Translations under genes and position numbers: made by a program
Origin: a bacterium
GTDB lineage: Bacteria; Patescibacteriota; Minisyncoccia; Phycocordibacterales; GWA1-40-21
Length of the DNA stretch: 27,443 nucleotides
Assembly: GCA_043818495.1 (NCBI GenBank)
Contig: JBDRFT010000056.1
Span: 1 to 27,443 of the forward strand
Reading direction: 5' to 3'
The notes under the pieces: generated by a model
What the model was told of the DNA's origin: nothing
Database searches by the model: none
The model's input: only the letters and a program-made list of their open reading frames with translations
Shown: in pieces, positions 1-7,579 of the stretch
Layout of the letters: each line of letters opens with the position of its first letter
Numbering within the stretch: position 1 is the stretch's first letter

Positions 1-28
1 AGAGAGAGAGAGAGAGAGAGAGAGAGAG
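1..28. repeat. (AG)14 dinucleotide tract, truncated by window edge
   Basis: Positions 1-28 are pure alternating AG; reads ERERERERE in the frame of the downstream ORF. Confidence 0.95.
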
Positions 29-679
29 TTAAAAAAACTGAGTGAAAAATCAGTAGAAATTTTTGAAGAAAATTTTTCAAAATATCCAAAAGTTGATGAG
101 AAAGAAGCTAAAAAAATAGCTGAAAAATGGAATTTTGATAAATTAGGAATAAATTTAATTCAGCGAGAAACAGATGTGATTCTTTATCAAATAAAAGATG
201 AAAAGGAAAGTAATATAGAGCTTGGTATTTTAGATCTAAATTATCAGGAAGAAAAAAATGCAGGAACTCATGCCAGAATAAAATTTTGTACAAGCAAAAA
301 GTTAGGGGTTTATATTGATTGGCGGTCAACACATATTGAAGAAGGATTAGGTTGTGGTGAAAAAAATGCACAAAAAAGAAATTGGTGTAATATTCAACAC
401 ACAATAAAAGGGTATATATGCGAAGGTGATCAAGAAAAACGTTATTTAATAGTCGTAAATGATACTGGAAAATTTGAAATGGTTAAAGATATAATTAAAG
501 AAGATAAAATATTTTCTAAAAAATTATCAGATATGTTAGTTCGTTATCAAATTTCTAAATTATTTTTAGGAAGAGTCGAACATAAACTTGAAATAGAAAA
601 AAGAACTTGGGATGCTCAAACGGTTGGTCGTAAAAAAGAAATTTATAAATACAAAAGAAGTCAAGAAACAAGTGAATAA
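2..679 (+). CDS. Hypothetical protein, 5'-partial
   Basis: The frame of track ORF 176..679 has no stop back to position 2 (ERERERERELKKLSEKSVEIFEENFSKYPK...), so the real start lies outside the window; no family recognised. Confidence 0.6.
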   Translation, partial: ERERERERELKKLSEKSVEIFEENFSKYPKVDEKEAKKIAEKWNFDKLGINLIQRETDVILYQIKDEKESNIELGILDLNYQEEKNAGTHARIKFCTSKKLGVYIDWRSTHIEEGLGCGEKNAQKRNWCNIQHTIKGYICEGDQEKRYLIVVNDTGKFEMVKDIIKEDKIFSKKLSDMLVRYQISKLFLGRVEHKLEIEKRTWDAQTVGRKKEIYKYKRSQETSE

Positions 680-798
680 TCAATACGAAAAATTATTAAT
701 AATTTAAAAATTTGATTGGTTGGAGAAAATAAAACAAGGAGGTCGTGCTTCTTCAATGTTTGAGTTTTTTAAAAATTTTATCATTAAAAATTTATTTA

Positions 799-830
799 CC
801 CTGTTAAATAAAAATTCAAATTTAACAAGG
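799..830. repeat. REP-like hairpin family G (CCCTGTTAAAT...ATTTAAC)
   Basis: ccctgttaaat-N10-atttaacaagg; second copy at 23519-23553. Confidence 0.6.
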
Positions 831-860
831 TGAAAGTTTAAAAATTTAGAAAATTTATTA

Positions 861-921
861 ACAGAATTTATAACTTTCAACTTTACAAACTTTATAACTT
901 GATAAACTTTTAACTATTTTC
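861..921 (+). repeat. Degenerate ACTTT(A/C)A tandem array directly upstream of rnc ATG
   Basis: taactttcaactttacaaactttataacttgataaacttttaac; similar arrays at 7525-7570, 13450-13510, 18690-18725, 22368-22425, 23595-23640. Confidence 0.75.
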
Positions 922-1614
922 ATGAATCCAGATTTTTCAATTTTTGAAAAAAAAATAGAAATTACCTTTAAAAATAAGGATATTTTGAGACAGGCTTTTA
1001 CACATAGGTCTTTTTTAAACGAGCATAGAAATTCTAAATTAGCTCATAATGAAAGATTAGAATTTTTAGGAGACGCAGTTCTTGAGCTTATTGTTACAGA
1101 ATATCTTTATGAAAAATATCCTAATAATACTGAAGGCGAACTTACCGCTTATAGATCTGCACTTGTAAATGCGATTACTCTTTCAGATGTGGCTTCAAAA
1201 TTATATATGAATGATTTTTTATTACTTTCTAAAGGTGAAGCGAAAGATACGGGAAGAGCCAGACAAATAATTCTCGCGAATACGATAGAGGCTCTTATTG
1301 GCGCCATTTTTCTTGACCAAGGATATGAAATTACAAAATCTTTTATAGCAAAAAATATTTTTAATCTTATCGAAAAAATTATTAAAGAAAAAACTTGGCT
1401 TGATGCAAAAAGTAAATTTCAAGAACAAGCTCAAGATTATGAAAGTATTACTCCGATGTATAAAACTTTAAAAGAAGAAGGCCTAGACCATGATAAACAA
1501 TTTACGGTTGCTGTGTTTTTGAATGATAAAAAAATTGCGGAAGGAAGGGGCAAATCAAAACAAGAAGCTGAACAGGTCGCAGCAAACAATGCTCTTAAAA
1601 TTAAATTTAATTGA
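922..1614 (+). CDS. rnc: Ribonuclease III
   Basis: AFTHRS, NERLEFLGDAVL signature, EALIGAIFLD, C-terminal dsRBD (GKSKQEAEQVAA). Confidence 0.98.
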   Translation: MNPDFSIFEKKIEITFKNKDILRQAFTHRSFLNEHRNSKLAHNERLEFLGDAVLELIVTEYLYEKYPNNTEGELTAYRSALVNAITLSDVASKLYMNDFLLLSKGEAKDTGRARQIILANTIEALIGAIFLDQGYEITKSFIAKNIFNLIEKIIKEKTWLDAKSKFQEQAQDYESITPMYKTLKEEGLDHDKQFTVAVFLNDKKIAEGRGKSKQEAEQVAANNALKIKFN

Positions 1615-1666
1615 GTTTAATTTTCGCGGAAATATGCGGAATTTAACGCAGAAAAACGCAGAAAAA
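1615..1666 (+). repeat. ACGCAGA-type degenerate repeat module after rnc stop
   Basis: ttgagtttaattttcgcggaaatatgcggaatttaacgcagaaaaacgcagaaaa; longer homologous module after rsmE stop. Confidence 0.65.
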
Positions 1667-1865
1667 ATTCATAAACAAAGTAATTAAATTAAAAAATATT
1701 TGATAAAATAAATTTTTTAATTTGTAATGGTTTAAAAAATATTTAGAAATAAGGATATTTTGGAAAGTGTATAATTACTGCAAATAAATTACTGCAAATA
1801 AATTTGACTTTTTATCGACAAAAAAAATTCTTTACATTTTTTTATTTTTAAATTACATTTAAAAT

Positions 1866-2648
1866 ATGCGTCTACATAGATTTTATTTAAATAAAAAAAT
1901 AGAAAAAGAAGTTCATATAAATGATAAGGAACTTTTGCATCAATGGTTAAAAGTTTTTAGATTAAAAGCCAGTAATAGAATTATTATTTTTAATGGTGGG
2001 GATATTGAATATGAAGGATATTTTAAAATTCTTAAGAAAAAAGAAGCAGTTTTAATAATTGATAAAGAAAAAAAAGTAGAAAAAAATCAACAAATTGAAT
2101 TATATTATTTTTGCTCAATTATTAAAAAAGATAAATTTGAATTGATAGTAGAAAAATGTACAGAAATAGGAGTTTCTTTTTTTTACCCTATTCTTTCTGA
2201 AAGAAGCGAAAAGAAAAATTTGAATATTGAAAGATTAAATAAAATCGCAAAAGAAGCAGTGGAACAATCTGGAAGAATTATTTTGCCTAAAATCTTCAGT
2301 CCAGAATTATTGGAAAAAATAATTTCTGATTTTTCTGATTTTAATGGAAAATTATTTGTTTTAGATTTTGACGGCGCGAGTTTTGCAGAAACTTTTATTA
2401 AAAATATAAATAATGAAAATATTCAAAATAAAAATGAAAATGAAAAAACTAGGCAAAAAATAGGTTTATTTATTGGGCCAGAAGGCGGTTGGTCAGATAA
2501 AGAAAAAAAATTTTTTAAACAAAAAAAAATACAAAGTATTTCTCTTGGTTCTCAAATACTTCGTGCTGAAACATCAGCAATCGTAGCAAGTGCTTTGATT
2601 TTAACAAACGACTATCTTACAAAATACAAAGTTTTGTGTAAAAGTTAA
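1866..2648 (+). CDS. rsmE: 16S rRNA m3U1498 methyltransferase RsmE
   Basis: EKCTEIGV, EAVEQSGR, IGPEGGWS, LGSQILRAETSAI motifs. Confidence 0.96.
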   Translation: MRLHRFYLNKKIEKEVHINDKELLHQWLKVFRLKASNRIIIFNGGDIEYEGYFKILKKKEAVLIIDKEKKVEKNQQIELYYFCSIIKKDKFELIVEKCTEIGVSFFYPILSERSEKKNLNIERLNKIAKEAVEQSGRIILPKIFSPELLEKIISDFSDFNGKLFVLDFDGASFAETFIKNINNENIQNKNENEKTRQKIGLFIGPEGGWSDKEKKFFKQKKIQSISLGSQILRAETSAIVASALILTNDYLTKYKVLCKS

Positions 2649-2652
2649 ATTT

Positions 2653-2778
2653 ATTTGAGAGTTTATTATATTTTGCGGAAAAAAGCAGAAATTAACACAG
2701 AAAAACACAGAAAACACCAAAGATACGGATAAACGCGGATGAAAATGCAACGCGGATAAACGCAGATAAATACAGAAA
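2653..2778 (+). repeat. ACGC(A/G)GA-type degenerate repeat module after rsmE stop
   Basis: tttgcggaaaaaagcagaaattaacacagaaaaacacagaaa...acggataaacgcggatgaaaatgcaacgcggataaacgcagataaatacaga. Confidence 0.65.
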
Positions 2779-2801
2779 AATAATAAAATCAACTTTTTTT
2801 G

Positions 2802-2872
2802 TGCGGGCAGAGGTAATCGAAACCTCGACTGATCCTTGGCAAGGACCTGTTTTACCACTAAACCATGCCCGC
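2802..2872 (-). tRNA. tRNA-Gly(GCC), no encoded CCA
   Basis: Cloverleaf gcgggca/tgcccgc, D arm gttt/aaac, anticodon arm ggtcc-ttGCCaa-ggatc, T arm gaggt-ttcgatt-acctc. Confidence 0.95.
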
Positions 2873-3106
2873 AATAATTATTAAAATTCTTTTTTTATAA
2901 AACTGATATGAAATTCACAAAATTATTTTCATAGTTTATTATATATAAAAAAATAAAAAAAGAAATACTTACTTGCGAATAGAAAAAATAGAATATAGAA
3001 TAAGAAGAAATAAAAAATAATTATAAATTATGAATTATGAAAAAAAGTAATTTGTAATAAGTAATAATTAAAATCATTAAAACATGAAAACATTAAAACA
3101 AAAATT

Positions 3107-3138
3107 AAAAGGGTTTTCGGCTTTGCCGAAAACCTTTT
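3107..3138. repeat. REP-like hairpin family A (GGGTTTTCGGC-NNN-GCCGAAAACCC)
   Basis: aaaagggttttcggc-ttt-gccgaaaacctttt; 7 copies in window. Confidence 0.9.
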
Positions 3139-3204
3139 TTTATTTTTCTCTTATTTATTATGTTTTATTTTTTTTATTTTTATTTTCTTATTTTGTATTT
3201 TTTC

Positions 3205-3305
3205 ATAAATCTTGAATCCTGAATCTTAAATCTTTTCTCATAATTTATAATTTATAATTTATAATTCGTAATTTTTTCTCTACCAACTACTCACTACAAA
3301 CTATA
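3205..3305 (-). repeat. Heptamer tandem module downstream of argS
   Basis: Minus strand tagtttgtagtgagtagttggtagagaaaaaattacgaattataaattataaattata...gatttaagattcaggattcaagattt; similar to 25083-25150. Confidence 0.7.
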
Positions 3306-3318
3306 AACTTATTATCAA

Positions 3319-5148
3319 TTACATCTTTTCTAAAACCTGTATTCCTAAAAGATTAAGACCTTTTTTTAAAATGATAGAAAAAATTTCTGTTAACATTATT
3401 TTATAGGAAGATTCGGTATTTGTTTTGTCTATAATTTTTTCTTTTGCGTAAAAATTATTAAAAGCTGAAGCAAGTTCAATAAGATATACGGCAATATAAT
3501 GAGGAGAATATTCAACCCCAGCTCTTTCCACAATTTCTGGAAATCTATAAAACATTTTTTCTAATTGAGTTATTTGTTTTATTTTTAAATTTTTCCAATT
3601 AATTTTTTTTATTTTTTCTTCTTTAGCTTTTCGTAAAATTGATCTTGCTCTTGCATATGAATATTGCAAATAAGGTCCAGAATCCCCTTCAAAAGAAATT
3701 GATTTATCAAAATCAAAAATAATATCTTTTCCCGCAACTTGTTTTAATATTGAATATTTCAAAGCGCCAATAGCAACTTTTTTATTAATTTCTTCTTTTT
3801 CTTTTTCACTTATTTTTTTATCAATTATTTTCTCCGCAACTTTTTCTTTTATTTCTGAAATTAAAGACATCGCGGTAATTACATTTCCAGTACGTGAACT
3901 CATTTTTCCTGTAGAAAATTTAAGCATACCATGTGAAATATGTTTTGTTTTTTCTGTTATATTTGGATAAAGAAAACTTAATACTTTTAACATAACTTTA
4001 AAATATTCATTTTGTTCATTAGCGGTTATAATTATTGAATAATCTGGTTTAAAAATTTCCTCTTTTTTTTTAGCAACACCTAAATCTTTTGCTTCATATG
4101 TTGGAATTCCTTTTGAATTAACAAAAACACGGGTATGAAGTCCATAATTTTCTCCTTTAAAAATAATCGCACCTTCGCTTTTTTGAAAAATATTTTTTTC
4201 TAATCCTTCTTTTATAATTGATAATGAATCTTCCGCGACTTCACTTTCCCAAATCATTTTATCAAACTTTGTATCTAAAATTTGATAAATTTCTTCAAAA
4301 TGTTTAATACTTATTTCTCTGCCCCATTTATACCAAGATAAAATATCTTCATCGCATTTATCTTTCAATTTTTTCTTAAAGTATAAAATATCAAAAATTC
4401 TTTTATTAAGATTTTGAATTTCAGTATTAATTTCAATATTTTCTTCATAATTAGACGCGCCTAAATAATAAGCAATGCCTAAAAAAAATATTTTATAATC
4501 CAAAGTATCATTTTTTTCAGGTATTTTAATTTTAATATCTTCATTTTTAAAATTAACAATATAATTACCTTTATTTTTAAAACATTCACATTGAATTTTT
4601 TTAATACCCCATATTGTTTTTGTAATATGAAGACCAATATCTCCACCATATGATATTCTTTTTATTTTTGCTCCATTATTTTCAATAATTCTTGATATTG
4701 ATTCGCCAATAGCATTAGACATAAGATGACCGATATGAAATTGTTTAAAAACATTAGGGTCAGTATATTCTATTATTACTTTTTTCCCATTTAACTTTTT
4801 GCTTGAACCAAATTTTTTATTTTCTTTTAAGATTTTTTTATTTTGTGAAATAAAAAAATTTGAAGACAAATAAAAATTTATAAATCCTTGACCCGCCGTT
4901 TCCACTTTTGAAATTTCTTTTGGTATTTTTTTAATAATTTCAGCAACAATATTTTCCGCGAGTTTTTGCGGATTTTGCCCAATTTGTTTTGCCAGCATCA
5001 TTGCTATATTTGTAGAATAATCTCCATTAGAAAGTTTTTCAGGATGTTCCAAAATTATTTTAGAAATTTTTATTTCATCTATTTTAAGATTTCTAAGTGC
5101 CATTTTTATTAAGTTTTCCAATATATCTTTAATCATTAATTTAATCAT
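3319..5148 (-). CDS. argS: Arginine--tRNA ligase (start may be ATG at 5136)
   Basis: GDYSTN, IEYTDPNVFKQFHIGH (HIGH), GKMSSRTG, GDSGPYLQYSYARARSI, FNNFY. Confidence 0.98.
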   Translation of the reverse strand: MIKLMIKDILENLIKMALRNLKIDEIKISKIILEHPEKLSNGDYSTNIAMMLAKQIGQNPQKLAENIVAEIIKKIPKEISKVETAGQGFINFYLSSNFFISQNKKILKENKKFGSSKKLNGKKVIIEYTDPNVFKQFHIGHLMSNAIGESISRIIENNGAKIKRISYGGDIGLHITKTIWGIKKIQCECFKNKGNYIVNFKNEDIKIKIPEKNDTLDYKIFFLGIAYYLGASNYEENIEINTEIQNLNKRIFDILYFKKKLKDKCDEDILSWYKWGREISIKHFEEIYQILDTKFDKMIWESEVAEDSLSIIKEGLEKNIFQKSEGAIIFKGENYGLHTRVFVNSKGIPTYEAKDLGVAKKKEEIFKPDYSIIITANEQNEYFKVMLKVLSFLYPNITEKTKHISHGMLKFSTGKMSSRTGNVITAMSLISEIKEKVAEKIIDKKISEKEKEEINKKVAIGALKYSILKQVAGKDIIFDFDKSISFEGDSGPYLQYSYARARSILRKAKEEKIKKINWKNLKIKQITQLEKMFYRFPEIVERAGVEYSPHYIAVYLIELASAFNNFYAKEKIIDKTNTESSYKIMLTEIFSIILKKGLNLLGIQVLEKM

Positions 5149-5247
5149 ACTATAATTTGATAAAATTGAAAATAAAATTTAACATTTAATCGCAATTAAT
5201 AATTAGTAAATTTAACAAAAAATAAAAAAATCTAAAACAAAAATAAA

Positions 5248-5552
5248 AAGCAAAAAAGGTTTTCGCGAAGCGAAAACCTTTTTTGCTTGTGAATTTTTTT
5301 TATTTTTTTATTTTTTGAAATTTTTTAAACTAATTTTTTTAATTTTTCTCTAAAACAAAAATGTCTACGGAAAATACTAGGTAGTGTTTTCCGTAGACAA
5401 GTCTAAAAATATGAAAACTTGGAATCAAAGTTAGATGCAAAGTTGGATATCCAACTTTACATCCAACTTTACACTAAATTGAAAGGCAAGGCCTCTCAAA
5501 TTTATAAGAAAATAAAAAACTAAAGGGTTTTCGGCGGAGCCGAAAACCCTTT
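5248..5552. repeat. Mosaic of REP-like hairpins (A-B-E-F-A)
   Basis: A 5248-5288; B tgtctacggaaaatactaggtagtgttttccgtagaca 5362-5399; E perfect 20-bp palindrome aaagttggatatccaacttt 5439-5458; degenerate F about 5478-5500; A 5522-5552. Confidence 0.88.
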
Positions 5553-5604
5553 CGGTTTTTATTTTTTGGCCTTTTACATATTACTTATTGCATATTACTT
5601 TTTT

Positions 5605-7518
5605 TTAAAGCAAAGAATCTAATAATTTTTTAAGAGAAACTGTCGCAACTCCAACTACACTATCAGCTCCACCATAATATATAAACAATTTCTCTTTTCT
5701 AATTGCAGTTCCACAAGGGAAAACCACATTTGGCGTAATTCCTTTTAATTCATATTCAGTTTCTGGTTGAAATATTGGCTGACTAGCTCTTGCTATAACA
5801 CTTAATGGATTTTTTAAATCTAAAAGAGCCAGCCCTATTCTATAAGTATGATGATTTGAAGAAACTCCATGATAAAGCAGTAGCCAACCTTTTTTAGTTT
5901 TTATTGGAGGAGCTGTAATGCCGACTTTTTCACTATCCCACATTCCTTTTCTTGGTAAAAGAATAGGTGTGGAAATTTCTAATAGTTTTTCATTTTCTAA
6001 TGAATCAATAAAATCGGCGCATATATCATTGTTTACTCTATGAAGTATTAAAAATTTTCCATTTATTTTTTCAGGAAAAATACAAGCATCTTTATCATCT
6101 TTATCTTTTGGAGAAATAAGTATTGGTTCGCTCCAAATCCAATTTTTATTTTCAAAATTTTCAAAAGATATGGTAGTAATAGCAACTCTTGGAGGATTAG
6201 TTCCATCATATGCTGTATAGCACATATAAATTTTATCATCTATAAGTGTAAGTCGCGGGTCTTCACAACCAGAATTTCCCGAACGAATTTTTATTTCAAA
6301 AAATTTTCTTGGTGTATAAATTGGTTTATCATCTCTTTCATTTATATTAAAACCATCTTTTGAAGAAGCATATCCTATAGAAGAAGTCCAATCATCTGAC
6401 ATTGCTCTATAAAGTATATGAGTTATATTTCCTATTTGAAGCGATGCGGGATTAAAAACTCCATTTGCTTCCCAAGAAAAATTTGGGCGAGATTTTAAAA
6501 TAGGATTTTTATCATATCTAGTGAGATATGAACTTAAAGCATTTGGCTTCATACTAATTAAAAGGTCATTTAATTTTACTGATGCAATAGCACAAACAGT
6601 ATCCGCCGCTCCATAATATATTTCTAAAATATTTTTTTTTAACATACTTCCAGAAGGAAAAATTATATTAGGCATTTGTCCAAATTTTTCATAAACTTCA
6701 GAAGGAGCAAACATCGGACCCTTTGTCTGTCCTATTATTTTTTTAGGATTTTTTAAATCTAAAAGTAAAGCTTCCACACCAAAAACTAAAACAAAAGGAT
6801 TATTTTCTCTATGATAATTTTCTATATAACTATAAATAAAAAACCAACCACTTTTTGTTTTTATTGGAACAGCGCCAACTTCAATATGGTCCATTTTTGA
6901 CCTTCTTGGGTCAAAAATATGAGAATCAATTTCTTTATACCATTTTTCCCAATATTCTTTATTCCACATATCTTCTAATTTATCAAATTCTGCAAAACAA
7001 ATTTTTTCATGCGGAGGCTTATCGGTATCTACTGATAAAACTGCAATATATTTTCCATTTATTTTTTCTGGAAATAAAACCATCGCTTTGGCATTAAATG
7101 GAGTGATTAAATGTTTTTCTTCTATTTTTTTAAAATCTTTTGTAATAGCAAGAGCAATTTTAATTCCTTCCGCATTAAAAGGATAATTTGAAAGCGCTGT
7201 ATAAAAAATATAAAATTTATTTTCTATTTTTGTAATTCTTGGGTCCTCGCAACCATATTTTTCCCATTCATATTCAGGAGCAATGAGCTGTTTTCTTTCT
7301 GAAAAATGAATACCATTTTTACTTGATGTATAACCGATAGAAGAAATGCTTATATTATTTCCAAAATAAGATTCATTTGAAGACATCGCTCTATAAATAT
7401 AATGTATTTTATTTTTATCTTTTATTGGACACCAATTAAAAACAGCCTTTGATTCCCACGGGTCATTAGTGTTCGGAGAAAGCAGTGGGTTATGTGTTGA
7501 TTTTTTTATTGTGAACAT
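5605..7518 (-). CDS. GH130-like glycosidase/phosphorylase with two tandem beta-propeller domains
   Basis: Motif set NP(L/I)L...FN(W/P)...YRAM...GCEDPR...FPEKINGK...FP(S/C)G...YYG(A/G)AD occurs twice. Confidence 0.85.
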   Translation of the reverse strand: MFTIKKSTHNPLLSPNTNDPWESKAVFNWCPIKDKNKIHYIYRAMSSNESYFGNNISISSIGYTSSKNGIHFSERKQLIAPEYEWEKYGCEDPRITKIENKFYIFYTALSNYPFNAEGIKIALAITKDFKKIEEKHLITPFNAKAMVLFPEKINGKYIAVLSVDTDKPPHEKICFAEFDKLEDMWNKEYWEKWYKEIDSHIFDPRRSKMDHIEVGAVPIKTKSGWFFIYSYIENYHRENNPFVLVFGVEALLLDLKNPKKIIGQTKGPMFAPSEVYEKFGQMPNIIFPSGSMLKKNILEIYYGAADTVCAIASVKLNDLLISMKPNALSSYLTRYDKNPILKSRPNFSWEANGVFNPASLQIGNITHILYRAMSDDWTSSIGYASSKDGFNINERDDKPIYTPRKFFEIKIRSGNSGCEDPRLTLIDDKIYMCYTAYDGTNPPRVAITTISFENFENKNWIWSEPILISPKDKDDKDACIFPEKINGKFLILHRVNNDICADFIDSLENEKLLEISTPILLPRKGMWDSEKVGITAPPIKTKKGWLLLYHGVSSNHHTYRIGLALLDLKNPLSVIARASQPIFQPETEYELKGITPNVVFPCGTAIRKEKLFIYYGGADSVVGVATVSLKKLLDSLL

Positions 7519-7579
7519 TTGACCATAGAGTTATAAAGTTTGTAAAGTAAAAAGTTTATAAAGTTTAAAGAAAAAAAAT

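Noticed and set aside
1781-1812. Short perfect tandem duplications (aattactgcaaata x2; atccaactttac x2 at about 5449-5472)
   Set aside because: Consistent with ordinary slippage; no functional inference supportable
4500-4600. Apparent ~20-aa insertion with CxC in ArgRS
   Set aside because: Falls in a variable region of the catalytic domain; cannot be judged without an alignment
5149-5604. T-box or riboswitch leaders upstream of argS, proS, cysS or pyrG
   Set aside because: No T-box bulge consensus (AGGGTGGNACCGCG-like) seen; upstream hairpins belong to dispersed repeat families or to the upstream gene's terminator
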